DNA of 64,000 bases, taken from assembly GCA_951406725.2 (NCBI GenBank), contig OX597841.1, positions 14,508,001 through 14,572,000 of the forward strand. Reading direction: 5' to 3'. The stretch is from Octopus vulgaris. Lineage: Eukaryota. The notes below the pieces were generated by a model. That model did no database searches. It was not told where the DNA came from and saw nothing but the letters and a program-made list of their open reading frames with translations. Shown piece after piece: positions 11,632 to 24,846 of this stretch (position 1 is the first letter of the stretch; every line of letters starts with the position of its first letter). The translations under genes and the position numbers were made by a program.

Positions 11632-12650
11632 ACTCCTTTGTATTCCCTCTTTTACGGTACGTCGCCAATCTCCACGGTTGCTGGCAATTGCTTCCCAACT
11701 GCTAATATTGATGTTGCAGGCCTTCATGTCCCTTTTGCATCATCAGGAAATAGCATCTCCTTGATCAGGACGTTTCTGATTTTGGTCTTGGCATGCAGGC
11801 GCGAGAGATTGAACAGTTTCCCGTCACTTCTACTGTGCAGAAACACTCCATCATCTGATGTCTGAAAGGCATGTGAGAGCAAGAGCGAGAAGAAGATGCC
11901 AAATAATGTAGGAGCGACGGCACAACCTTGCTTTACCCCGTTTTTTATTTGGAAGGCGGCTGATGTTGAACCATTGTGCTGTATGGTGCCTTGCATATCA
12001 TTATGGAAAGACTTGATGATCCTCAGCAGCTTTGGTGGACATCCGATATTTTGGAGCTGGATGAAGAGGCCTTTTCTACTTACCGAGTCAAAGGCCTTTG
12101 ATAGATCAATGAATGCCATATATAATGGCATTTTCTACTCTCTGGACTTCTCCTGAAGTTGGCGTATGGAGAATATCATGTCAATAGTTGATCTGCTTCT
12201 TCTAAAGCCACACTGCGATTCCGGATAGATTCGAGAAGCAAGTAGTTGTAGCCTGACCAGGACAACGCGAGCAAAGGTCTTTCCAACAGTGCTCAGAAGA
12301 GATATTCCACGGTAATTGTTACAATCACCACGGTCACCTTTGTTTTTGTAAAGCGTAATGATGTTAGCATCCCGCATATCCCGAGGGACTGTACCCTCTT
12401 CCCAGCACTGACACAGAAGCTCATGAAGGTGCCGAAGCAGAATAGTGTTTTTGCCGGCTTTGATGATCTCTGAGGGGATGCCGTCTTTTCCCGGAGCCTT
12501 GTTACTTGCTCGGGTGTCAATAGCCTTGGTGAGCCCTGCTATAGATGGCGGACTGTCAAGTTCACACATGACTGGCAAGATCTTGACACTCTCGATTGCA
12601 GCCTCAGCTACTGTAGTCTCCCGTGAGTAGAGATCCTGGTAGTGCTCCAT
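11628..12650 (-). mobile_element. RTE/BovB-like LINE reverse transcriptase fragment with internal deletion
   Basis: KAPGKDGIP, NYRGISLLS, ESQCGFR, AFIDLSKAFDSV, GVKQGC, LFPDDA motifs, joined directly to the C-terminal WEAIASNRGDWR; stop between the ORFs. Confidence 0.9.
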
Positions 12651-13013
12651 CCCTTTTCACAGCAGCACTGAAGTGTCCTCTCCAGTTTTGCACAAGCCTG
12701 AGCTATAGATAAGAAAGTCCTGGGTAGCCCAATCGTCAGGTTTCCTCTCTCGACCTTGCTGATGTAGTCCAAAGGAGTGCAGTGCATTACGTTTGGCACC
12801 AGCTTGGTTGCAGGAGCTGCCGGAAGAGTGTCGAGTCGAACACTGAACCGCCTTCGGGGCTCCACTCCGGATTTCTTTGAAGGTTGTCTCCTTTCCGTAA
12901 CCCTGGACAGGGGCCCATACCGGGTACTGTCAGCCGGAGCCAGCTGAGCCCGGAACTCGTGTCAGGCAGGGTCGTCACTCCCTGAAGTAGTGAAGAAGTT
13001 CGCTACCCACTAC

Positions 13014-13075
<62 letters not shown>

Positions 13076-13384
13076 GACAGGCTTCTTTCAGTTTCCGTCT
13101 ACCAAATCCACTTACACGGCTTTGGTAGGCCCGAGGCTATAGCAGAAGACATTTGCCCAAGGTGCCACGCAGTGGGACTGAACCTGGAATCATGTGGTTG
13201 GGAAGCAAGCTTCTTAGCCCAGAGCCACTCCTGCCCCTCGCTGTATGTAAGTAGCGCCTGCAGTTGGGTGCCAAAGATGCGTTTGGGCTTTGGTTCTTTT
13301 GATGGTTTTTTTTATTGGAATTCAGAGTAAGACAAAGCTTATGGAAGATTGGAATGTTACACGTGAAAGGAGGGGATGGAAGGT

Positions 13385-13920
13385 GAGGTGGTGGTGGTGG
13401 TGGTGGTGGTGGTGGTGGTGGTGGTGGTATGGTGGTGATGATGACGGTGGTGGTGGCCCTGGTTGTGGAGATGGTGGTTGTGGTTGTGAATGCGATGGTG
13501 ATGGTGGTAGTGGCCCTGGTGGTGGTGGGAGTGGTGCTTGTGGTGGTGCTGGTGGTGGTGGTTGTGGTGGTAGTCGTGATGGTGATGGTGGTTGTGGTGA
13601 TGTTGGGTGGTGGTGGTGATGGTGATGGTGGTGGTGGTGGCCCTGGTGGTGGTGGTGGTGGTGGTGGTGATGGTGATGGTGATGGTGGTGGTGGCCATGG
13701 TGGTGGTGGTGGTGGTGGTGTTGGTGATGGTGATGGTGATGATGGTGATGGTGGTGGTGATGGTGGTGGTGGTTGTGGTGATGTTGGGTGTGGTGGTGAT
13801 GGTGATGGTGGTGGTGGTGGTGGCCATGGTGGTGGTGATGGTGGTGGTGGGGGTTGTGGTGGTAGTCGTGATGGTGTTGGTGGTGATGGTGAATGTGATG
13901 GTGGTGGTGGTGGTGGTAAT
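13385..13920. repeat. (GGT/GAT)n trinucleotide block
   Basis: Direct reading. Confidence 0.95.
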
Positions 13921-14183
13921 GCGAGGAAGGATTGTGACAATGCGATGTCACATGTGTGCCACGGCCATGCTACAACTGTCCACAACAAATGAAAGGAATT
14001 TTTTTTTAATTGTGTTTTTCTTACGAAGCTGTCCATTTCATTTTAGATTAAATTAATTAATTGGATTAATTAGTAAGGCTTAGAGTGCTAACGAATGGCT
14101 CGTAGTGTTGATTGGTAGGTCTGTGTATGTATATGTCTTGTGTGCGTGCGTGTGTGTGTGTGTGTGTGTGTGTCTGTGTGTGT

Positions 14184-14274
<91 letters not shown>

Positions 14275-14368
14275 CTGTGTATCCTACTATAAACCCAGGC
14301 TGATCAATGCTTAATTAGTAAATATGGGACATGGAAACTATATGGAATCCTGACCTGTGTAAATGAGT

Positions 14369-14406
<38 letters not shown>

Positions 14407-14491
14407 ATATTATGGAGTAAATCCAAACTTACAGGGAAAAATTAGATTTAGGATTAAATCTAATTTTATAGTATAAATATATATATATATA

Positions 14492-14576
14492 TATATATTA
14501 AATTAGGGATAAAACCGCTATTAGGCAAATCAAAATTGATTTGCCTAATAGTGGTTTTATCTCTAATTTAATATAT
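14492..14576. repeat. Near-perfect inverted repeat (~42-bp arms) made from the end of an AT-rich repeat family also seen at 25575
   Basis: TTAAATTAGGGATAAAACCGCTATTAGGCAAATCAA..TTGATTTGCCTAATAGTGGTTTTATCTCTAATTTAA. Confidence 0.85.
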
Positions 14577-15210
14577 GTGTGTGTGTGTGTGTGTGTTTGT
14601 GAAGAAAAATCGGTTTTCTTCAGATGAAGAAAACCAATCTTTCTGGAGAAAGATTGGTTTCAATGACCCCTAGCCGTGAGGGTCCAACCGTATATTCTGG
14701 TATTTTCTTCTCTGAGCCAAATTTTTAATCACCTGAAGTAAATGGTTTTCTCATGATGTAATCAAAGGATTCATCAATGCGTCCGAAACAGCTGTAGTGA
14801 ACCTTTAACCTATTTGTGGTCTTATTTCTTCCGCCTTAGTAAAGGCAGAAGTATTGTTTTCAGTCATGTTTGTTTGTCTGTGGACAAGATATCTCAAGAA
14901 CCACTGGATGGATTCGGATGAAATGTTAAGGGATGTTTGGCCCTGTAACTGGCACAAACTGAAGATTTTGGGATTGATCCGGGACTGGACAAGGATTCTG
15001 GATTATTTTTCCGTTTTCTAGCATAACTTTGGTCGGCCCGAGGCTATAGTAGAAGACACTAGCCCAAGGTGTCACGCAGAGGGACTGAACCCAGAACCAT
15101 GTGGTTGGGAAGCAAGCTTCTTTATTTCATATAATTTGCCACAAGGGCATTACACAGATGGAAGCTTTGCGGGCTGGACATGGACATTAATGGTATGAAT
15201 GGACATTAAT

Positions 15211-15488
15211 TGCGTGGAGCTTAGGTGTTTCGCTCATAAACACACACATCGCCCGGTCTGAGATTCGAACCCGCGATCCCTCGACCGCGAGTCCGCTGCT
15301 CTAACCACTAGGCCATGTGCCTCCACTTTTGCGTGGAGCTTAGGTGTTTCGCTCATAAACACACACATCGCCCGGTCTGAGATTCGAACCCGCGATCCCT
15401 CGACCGCGAGTCCGCTGCTCTAACCACTAGGCCATGTGCCTCCACTTTTGCGTGGAGCTTAGGTGTTTCGCTCATAAACACACACATC
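15211..15488 (-). repeat. Exact 119-bp tandem repeat (2.3 copies) of a tRNA-derived SINE head
   Basis: Units start at 15211, 15330, 15449; A box TGGCCTAGTGG and B box GGTTCGAATC on minus strand. Confidence 0.85.
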
Positions 15489-15689
15489 TTCTTACCACTC
15501 AGTCACACCTGTGCCTATAACACATACATATGCACACACATATTATTTTAAATTGTTTCATTCGGTTTCTGTGCCACTTCAAGTTTTGCAGGCCCCTAAT
15601 GGAGCCCGACTCTGTCAGGCTTCTGGAACGACTGAATGGAGAGGTCCGGAAAGTCCAAGATGACTACTAGGAGTCGGGCAGCTCTTGGT

Positions 15690-16620
15690 CAAGGAGAGTT
15701 ACATGGTGTTAATTAGTTAGTAAAATTTTTTGGCTCAAAAAGCAAAAAGCAAGGCCATGTAGGGGGACATGGAGTTATGTACAGGGTGGTGTTCATGTAA
15801 AGAGTTCAGGCCACTTGAGGTCAAGGGAGACTTTGAACCGAGCGGTCGTCGGTATCTTCACCAACTCGTCCGGCAGCTTATTCCACGGATCCGCAACCCG
15901 GACGGAGAAAGCCCCTCACCTTCGATTGAGATGAAATCGTCGCTTTTCGGAATGACCCCGCAGCCGACGCTCTGGAGCAGGAGTGAAGAACAGCTCCTTC
16001 GAGAGGTTACACTTCCCGCTTATGATGTTGTGAGCGAGAATGAGATCACCACGGCGTCGTCATATTTCTAGAGAATAAAGGTCGAGCGTCTTCAGCCTTT
16101 CTTCATAAGACAAATTGCTTGAGACCAAGAACCATGTGGGTAGCCAGCTTCTGGACTCTTTCGAGATGCTGTATGTCATTGAGGAGATAAAGAGAAGAGG
16201 CTTGAATCCCGTACTCCAATATGGGTCTCACCAGCGTGACAAAGAGCGGTAGGAATATGGCTACTGTGAGCATTCCGAATGACCATCGAATCAAAAACAG
16301 AACTCCGCGTGCTTTGTTGGCAGCATGGACGCACTGGGCCGAAAGCGAAAAGGAAGAATCCACCAAGATACCCAGGTCCTTTACCTGATCGGTCCTCTCC
16401 AGCAGCAGACGTGGATAATGTCAATTGGTCAGCGACACCAATTCTATCAGAAAAGGGGACTGGAGACATTGTTTCGCTTTGCTCTGGTGCTGTGTGGGAA
16501 CGGGCAGGTCAAAGAATGGACCCAACATTCCCTCGGCATATCGTAGAAAGGTAACTAAAAAAGAGGTGGAGGTAGGAGCCATGGGTTGGAAGGGTGTCCC
16601 CCTGAGTGGTGCAAAGGGGT
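15690..16620 (-). mobile_element. CR1/L2-group LINE 3' fragment
   Basis: AANKARGVL...LVRPILEYG...LERVQKLAT...YEERLKTLDLYSLE..RRRGDLI; frameshifted. Confidence 0.8.
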
Positions 16621-16699
16621 CACTGGCTCAGGAATAGTAGGGAACCGCCAACAAATGGCAGATGCAGCAATGCCCTGCTACTGTGCCCGACTTACCCCT

Positions 16700-16813
16700 C
16701 CCCACCATACCACTACCACCACAACAAACTACAACTACTACTACTACCACCACCACCACTACCACCACAACAAACTACAACTACTACTACTACTACTACC
16801 ACCACCACAACAA

Positions 16814-16899
<86 letters not shown>

Positions 16900-16996
16900 C
16901 ACCACAACAAACTACAACTACTACTACTACCACCACCACCACTACCACCACAACAAACTACAACTACTACTACTACTACTACCACCACCACAACAA

Positions 16997-17028
<32 letters not shown>

Positions 17029-17470
17029 CACCACTACTACTGTCGCAGATGCAAGCTAGGGGTATGAGATGATGATATACACACACACACACGCATATAC
17101 GTATGTATGTGTATATATGTGAATGTATGTATGATGTGTTGTATATATGTATATATGTATATGTGTGTGTGTTGTGTCTATGCTCTGCTAGTTTCCACTG
17201 ATAATTATATAGTCTTGTGTTGTTCCTGGAATGTCAATCGGTCTTTCCTAAGGACCACACACACACACACACCACCACCACCACCACCACCACCACCACC
17301 ACCACCACCACTACCATCATCACCACCACCACCACTACCATCATCACCAACATTACCACCACCACCACCACCACCACCACCGCCGCCGCCGCCACCACAT
17401 ATTTCTGACAGTGTATCATTATCTAGAGTCGCTGTCACCACCACTACTACCACCACTACCACCACCACAA

Positions 17471-17514
<44 letters not shown>

Positions 17515-17560
17515 CACTACTACTACTATTATTGTAGCTATCACTAACACACTAGCCATT
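16700..17560. repeat. (ACC/ACT)n microsatellites with higher-order CACAACAAACTAC subunits
   Basis: Direct reading. Confidence 0.9.
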
Positions 17561-17627
17561 GTTACTAAAGCTACCATTAACGACTCCACCACCACCAACA
17601 CCAAATGTGTATATATGTGGATATATA

Positions 17628-18522
17628 CATGGCTTGATCAATAAGTATCCGGATTGTTGGCATAGAAACGAAACTAAAGCACACTGAGTGAAACTGCTTG
17701 GTACAGATTGACCTTCGACTCTGTTATGCATGCGCACTGAGTTTTAATGTTCTAGCTTGCTTCCGTTGTTTACAGCAGTGCTTGGAAGAAGGTGTGTAGC
17801 GTGTGATCTTCACATTGACCATGGCAGAGAGAGCTGAGCAGAGAATCTGCATCAAATTTTGCCAAAAGCTTGGCGATACCTGCTCAGAGGCCTACACAAA
17901 GTTTCCAAAATGCTTTCATCGTTCTCAACACAATCAAGAAGATCTTGTGTGACTGAAACTGGAGTGTCTTTTTTGGTCAGCTGAAAGCAGTTTTGGCACA
18001 AACTTGGCAGACGCGGGTCTCATACCCAAATCTTCACTGATAATGGACTGAACTGAACCGTAGCTAATCTGTACATCCTCTGATAACTCACGGATGGGGA
18101 TTCGATAATTTCCCTTCACAACTACACACACATCTGCAATGTTTTTCTCAGTTCTGCTGGTTGTGGGTCTCTCATAACGTTCGTCAATCTCAACATTTCT
18201 TCAGCCATTTTGGAAACGTCTGAACCACCCGTACCCTTGTTTGTGGCTCATACACCCTTCTCCATACACTGTGTACAACTTTGAGTAATCCACTGAGCAG
18301 GTATCACTATGACAACTTTCTCTGTTATGGTCAATGCAACAATCATACGCTACACACCTTCCTTCCAAGCACTGCTGTAAACAGCAGAAGTGAGCTAGAA
18401 AGTTAAAACTTAGTGTGCATACACAGCAGAGGTGAAGGTCAATCTTTGCTCAGCGGCTTCAATCTACATGCATTAGCTTTGTTACTATGGCAACAATCCG
18501 AATACTTATTGATCAGACCGAG
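17628..18522. mobile_element. Mariner-derived non-autonomous element made of two inverted 5' ends, TA-flanked
   Basis: Both termini read ..GG..TGATCAATAAGTAT(C/T)CGGATTGTTG. Transposase N-terminus MAERAEQRICIKFCQKLG on +; IRELSEDVQISYGSVQSI..KFVPKLL on -. Confidence 0.85.
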
Positions 18523-18525
18523 TAT

Positions 18526-18908
18526 ATACTCTCTTTACTCTTTTACTTGTTTCAGTCATTTGACTGCGGCCATGCTGGAGGACCGCCTTTAGTCGAGCAA
18601 CTCGACCCTGGGACTTAATTCTTTTGTAAGCCCAGTACTTATTCTATCGGTCTCTTTTGCCGAACCGCTAACGGGGACATAAACACACCAGCATCGGTTG
18701 TCAAGCAATGCTAGGGGGACAAACACAGACACACAAACACACACACGCATATATACACGGGCTTCTTTCAGTTTCCGTCTACCAAATCCACTCACAAGGC
18801 ATTGGTCGGCCTGGGGCTATAGCAGAAGACACTTGCCCAAGGTGCCACGCAGTGGGACTGAACCCGGAACCAGGTGGTTGGTTAGCAAGCTACTTACCAC
18901 ACAGCCAC
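18526..18908 (-). mobile_element. SINE family A copy (head slightly truncated)
   Basis: Matches the copies at 49184 and 57698. Confidence 0.85.
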
Positions 18909-19249
18909 AAAAAGCAGCAAAAATATCACAAAAGCTGTTACTCAGAGTTTCACATTCCTGTTCGTGTATGTAGGTACGGAGACAAAGGGGCTGAGTTCAA
19001 ATCAAGAGTTGGGCCTCACAGACGCAAGGACCAAGACCTTTGGCATCATGACGTGCTTGAGGAGAAGACCCATCAAGCCGAGCAAAATCGCAGCCGTGGA
19101 AAATACAGGTGTGACGCAAATGGCACCCATGCCGGTGGCACATACCTACATACATACCCTGTTGTTGATGTTGAAATTCCAGTGAAGGAGCCCTGGATCT
19201 AGGCTAGAGACCGGTTCCTTCTCTATTGGCAAGGAAATAAAACTGAATA

Positions 19250-20124
19250 ATGACATACATATATAAATATATACATACAAACACATCTACATACGTACGT
19301 TCACACATACATGCATACATACCTACATACATACACACATACACACATTCATACATGCGTACATACATATATACATACATACACACACACATACATACAT
19401 ACACACATATATTCATACATACACACATACATACATACATACATACACACCCATACATACATACATTCACACATACATACATTCATACATACATACACAA
19501 TACATACATACATTCACACATACATACATACATTCATACATACATTCACACATACATACATTCATACATACATACACAATACATACATACATTCACACAT
19601 ACATACATACATTCATACATACATACACCCATACACACACATACATACATACATACACACCCATACATACATACATTCACACATACATACATACATACAT
19701 ACATACACAATACATACATACATTCACACATACATACATACATTCATACATACATACACCCATACACACACATACATACATACATACATACATACATACA
19801 TACCCATACATACATACATACACACCCATACATACATACATTCATACATACATACATACACACACACACATACACACACACATACATACATACATACACA
19901 CATACATACATACACACATACATACATGCATACACACACATACATGCATGCATGCATGGATAAACATTTATACACTCACTCATTCAGAAATCACAGTTAG
20001 GTGGTTACTTAAATATACAGGTGCACACACACACACGCACACACACATATGCACTCATGCTTACATATACATACAGATGTACGTACATACATACACAAAC
20101 ATACATATACACAAATACACACTC

Positions 20125-20165
<41 letters not shown>

Positions 20166-20196
20166 GTCTTTACTTGTGCATGTATGTATGTATATA

Positions 20197-20241
<45 letters not shown>

Positions 20242-20300
20242 TATATATATATATATATATATCCATATATATATATATACATACATATATATATACATAT

Positions 20301-20331
<31 letters not shown>

Positions 20332-20446
20332 CATATATACATATGCACACACACACACATACATAAATATATAAAGATATTGCATGTGTGGAGACTGACA
20401 CATACACACACACACACACACACATGCATAGACACATACACAGAAG

Positions 20447-20482
<36 letters not shown>

Positions 20483-20610
20483 ACACAGTCACACACACAC
20501 ACACCTACGTACGCCAACAAGGCTTCCCTTCTTCTTAGCACTGACTACAGTAATCTCATTATTAACGCACGCACACACACATACACACACATACACACAC
20601 ACACACACAC
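19250..20610. repeat. (TACA)n, (TA)n and (CA)n block upstream of the NIPAL promoter
   Basis: Direct reading. Confidence 0.95.
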
Positions 20611-20654
20611 CTTTGTACAGAAGCAGAAATAAATCTCATATTATTTCCCAGAAT

Positions 20655-20800
20655 TCCTCGGCCAACCGGAAGTAGTAGCCTGCCTCATTGTTTACGCTAT
20701 GATTATCATGTGTCTGAACGCACCTGTCAGAGGCGGTCGTCTGCCTCATCTCGCTTGACGTCGTAGCAGCGGGGTTCGCTCCTCGCTCGCCGCAGTCAGT
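20655..20800 (+). promoter_or_regulatory. Probable TATA-less promoter of the NIPA-like gene
   Basis: ETS site CCGGAAGT 20666-20673, CRE-like TGACGTCG 20756-20763, CpG-rich, 150-250 bp upstream of the ATG. Confidence 0.55.
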
Positions 20801-20912
20801 CACACACACATACACAAACACACGGTTCCGAAGAGACAGAGAAGCAAAGAGCTCTCTCTCTCTGTCTCTCTGTCTTCTGTTTTTTTTCTTTCTTTCTCTC
20901 CCACTAACATAA

Positions 20913-21086
20913 ATGGCAGGGCAGGATCGATCGCCCTCCACCACGACCATCGCCACCAAATTTCTACCTCTCTCAGACCCCTCGAAGGTGAGCCTTCTTC
21001 TCACCACCTCCGGAGTGACCCCTGGGTTTACCACCTCTACAGATTCGGCGCCAGACACGGATGAAAGTCCCACGCTCACCAGTCAG
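20913..21086 (+). CDS. NIPAL2: NIPA-like protein coding exon 1 (MAGQDRSP...PTLTSQ, Ser/Thr-rich N-terminus)
   Basis: taaATGG start, donor CAG|GTACGC, phase 0 matching exon 2. The link across 23.6 kb is inferred. Confidence 0.65.
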
Positions 21087-21552
21087 GTACGCAATTTTGA
21101 TATATCTATTTTTTTTTTTTTCCATTCATTCAGCGAAACGGGTGGGACGGAAATCGCGTGCTAGAAACAGCAGCCAAACGAGCTTCCTTTATATTACGCA
21201 CGCACTCTGCAGTTTTACAAAAGAGATAAATTAGACACTGTGGATCAGGGATGCATTACATAGAGGCGGGATAGTCACGGCTGGAAAGACTTTGATTATA
21301 TATCACTGGTTTGCCTGATCCAGTAGTTTGACCGAGGGCAAATCTATTGCTTTGTGTTCATATTTCACACTCACACACACATACATGTATATATTTGTGT
21401 CTGTGTATACATACACACACATATATATAATTTAAAGACATTCTAGCCGCGACCATCCCACCGTTATATGTGTGGAAAAGATCCTTTGTGTGTGTGTATA
21501 TACATATACACACACACAGACAAGCACGCGTACGCTCAATCACATGTATACC

Positions 21553-21586
<34 letters not shown>

Positions 21587-22025
21587 TTATATATATATAC
21601 ACACACCTATATACATATATATACATATACATACATATATATATATATATATAAGTGTGTGTGTGTGTGCATACTGGGGCAACTCCTTCAAATATATTAA
21701 TATAGTGTTTTTTCCCCTTCTGTCAATCGTAACGATCCCCACCCGTAGCGCCCATCCACCCCGGGGTACGTATTCCGCTGATTTCCTAGATAACCTTTTT
21801 ACGTAATTAATTCTTTTTTCTTTCCTCCATTTCTTCCGCCCATTCGGTCGTTCATTCATTCTTCCGCCTTCGCTGGAACGTCGGATAAAAATACCTTGTG
21901 GTATTCAAGCACGGTTTCTTTCGTTCTGAGTTCGGTCCCACCCAGGTCCTTTTTTTTTTCTTTTTTTTTTTTTACTCCCCAGGGTGAGGATATCGATAAA
22001 ATAAAGCACCAAAGTATTATTAAAA

Positions 22026-22179
22026 GGCACTGCTTAAATACAGAGACCCCGATGCATCTACGTAACGATGTTTTTACAGGGCTCACTAGTTAGGGCTTTA
22101 GGGTTAGTTTTAGGGTCGGTTAGGATTAGGGGTTACGCAGATGCGTCGGGACCTCTGTATTTACCGTTAAAGCAGTACC
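22026..22179. mobile_element. MITE-like foldback with ~40-bp imperfect arms enclosing TTAGGG-like repeats
   Basis: ATACAGAGACCCCGATGCATCTACGTAAC / GTTACGCAGATGCGTCGGGACCTCTGTAT; TTAGGG variants 22090-22132. Confidence 0.65.
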
Positions 22180-22689
22180 CATTAAAATGAAGAACTAGAT
22201 GGATGTCTTTTTCTTTATAGGCGTACCTACACAAATGTGACCACCCACACCGAGTTTGTTGCCTCACAACTTCTAGAAAAATTGATATTTTGTAATGAAA
22301 TTTCCTACAAATACACTTCTTGGGGTGTAGAGTCTGACTGTATCGGGATTTGTTGCGAAAAAAGTTTTCCCCGGGAATGGGTCGAAGAGTTTCTGAAAAT
22401 TCAACGAGTTTCTCTTTGTTTTCTCGTAACTTTCAGGAAAAAAATTGGTATTTTTTTTAATGGAATTTTCTACAAATGTCTTTCAGAGTGTTTAGATTGC
22501 GATTATATTGGAATTTAAAGAACAAAAATTTCTTTTAATTGGTCGACTCGTACACATACATACTGACACATTACACAGATCTATGTGTGCGTGTACACAC
22601 ACACATATAGATACATATATGTTTGTATGTATATATATATATGCATATATATATATATACATATGTGTGTGTGTGTGTGTATATATATA

Positions 22690-22720
<31 letters not shown>

Positions 22721-22739
22721 GAATAAGTAATAAATGCAC

Positions 22740-22981
22740 CCTTTTAAAGCCTGGCCAGGCTCGTGGGCCCAGTTTCCCGGTTTCAATGGCGTATGTGTTC
22801 CCCACCTGGATGGGACGCCAGTCCATCGCAGCGTTACTCATTTTTGCCAGCTGAGTGGACTGGAGCAACGTGAAATGAAGTGTTTTGCTCAAGAACACAA
22901 CGCGTCGCCCGGTCCAGGAATCAAAACCACTATCTTACGATCATGGTGCTGACACCCGAACCACTAAGCCACACGCCTCCA
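22740..22981 (-). mobile_element. tRNA-derived SINE (family B-related)
   Basis: Head GGAGGCGTGTGGCTTAGTGG; body shared with the 35617 and 62120 copies. Confidence 0.75.
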
Positions 22982-22982
22982 C

Positions 22983-23016
<34 letters not shown>

Positions 23017-23537
23017 ATCACCATCATCATCACTTAGCATCCGTTTTCCATGCTGGCATGGGTTGGATGGTTTGACTGGAACTGGTAAACCAGAGAACTG
23101 CACTTGGCTTTGTGGTCTGTTCAGGCATGGTCACTATGGCTGGATGCCCTTCCTAACGCCAACCCCACCAAGAGTGTAGTAGGTGCCCTTAATGTGTCAC
23201 CAGCTCTGGCTACAATTGCAGTTTTACTTCACTCGATGTGTCTTCTCATGCACAGCAAATCGTTACAGGTATGACTCACCTGTCGTTACCTCCAGCGCTC
23301 TCATCATCCATGTCCCATGCCTTCCTGGGTCAACCTCTACCACAGGTTCCCTTCGCACTGACAGATCTGCACTTCTTTACACAGCTGTCCTCGTCCATAT
23401 GCATCACATGACCAGACCAGCACACTCGTCTGGCTTACTCACCACACCTGATGTCTCTCGTACCCAAGTTTTCTCTCAGGACACTTTACATTATTTATAT
23501 TATTTGATGGAAATTTGTCCTCATCTTGTTTGTTGAT

Positions 23538-23583
23538 AACACAACGTTTCGGCTGGTATACCCTCCAGCCTTCATCAGGTGTC
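23538..23583 (-). ncRNA. Minimal type-I hammerhead ribozyme motif
   Basis: GACAC-CUGAUGA-A-GGCUGG(agggtata)CCAGCC-GAAA-CGU-U-GUGUU: intact core, 6-bp stem II, palindromic loopless stem III. Confidence 0.75.
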
Positions 23584-24060
23584 TTGGGGAAATTTCAAAC
23601 CTGGGTTCTCATTCCTAAGGTATATATATATATATATAATAACAAAGGGTGACTGGCCTCGTGCCAGTGACACGTAAAAAGCACCATCCGTTCGTGGCCG
23701 TTGCCAGCCTCGCCTGGCCCCCATGCCGGTGGCACATAAAAAGCATCATCCGATCGTGGCCGTTTGCCAGACGAGTCTGGCACGTAAAAAGTACCCACTA
23801 CACTCACGGAGTGGTTGGCATTAGGAAGGGCATCCAGCCGTAGAAACATTGCCAGATCAGACTGGGCCTGGTGCAGCCTTCTGGCTTCCCAGACCCCAGT
23901 TGAACCGTCCAACCCATGCTAGCATGGAAAGCGGACGCTAAATGATGATGATGATGATGATGATGATGATAAAACTAATTAATTAAGAAGTAATCAGTAA
24001 TTTCACCAAGTAGAATTCGGCATAAAAAGGACCATTTCATGGTAAGCTTAAGTAATACTA

Positions 24061-24140
24061 TATAATTAGGGTTCAGCAACGATTTGCTTCACCACATACC
24101 GAAGTTTGGTGAAGCAAATCGTTGCTGAACCCTAATTATA
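24061..24140. repeat. Perfect 34-bp inverted repeat with 12-nt loop
   Basis: TATAATTAGGGTTCAGCAACGATTTGCTTCACCA 24061-24094 and its reverse complement 24107-24140. Confidence 0.9.
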
Positions 24141-24143
24141 AAG

Positions 24144-24189
<46 letters not shown>

Positions 24190-24846
24190 GGCATGCAGGT
24201 AGACAGACAGAGATAGACAGACAGACAGGTAGCTCAATAGATTTGTGCTAAATCTTTTCCTAAAAGGCTATTGAAGAAAGATAACCTTTCATTATTCCTA
24301 GAAACAGATTTATTTAGGTCAATGGATTAGGTACTCCTACAGGTATGCATGCATGTTTGTATGTATGTTTGTATGTATGTATGTATGTATGTATGTATGT
24401 ATGTATGTATGTATGTATGTATGTATGTGTGTATGTGTCTGTATGTATGAGGGTATGTGTGTGTGTGTGTATGTATGCGAGTATGTATATCATTACTCTT
24501 TTACTTGTTTCAGTCATTTGACTGTGGCCATGCTGGAGCATCGCCTTTAGTCGAGCAAATCGACCCCAGGACTTATTCTTTGTAAGCCTAGTACTTATTC
24601 AATTGGTCTCTTTTGCCGAACCGGTAAGTTACGGGGACGTAAACACACCAGCATTGAATGTCAAGCGATGTTGAGGGGGTGGGGGGAACACAGACACACA
24701 CACATATATATATACATATATATGATGGGCTTCTTTCAGTTTCCAATCTACCAAATGCACCAAAGCCTTGTGAGTGGATTTGGTAGATGGAAACTGAAAG
24801 AAGCCTGTCATATATATATATATATTTTTATACAGTTCTATATATA

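Noticed and set aside
22090-22132. Telomere or chromosome fusion site
   Set aside because: Few, degenerate units inside an inverted repeat
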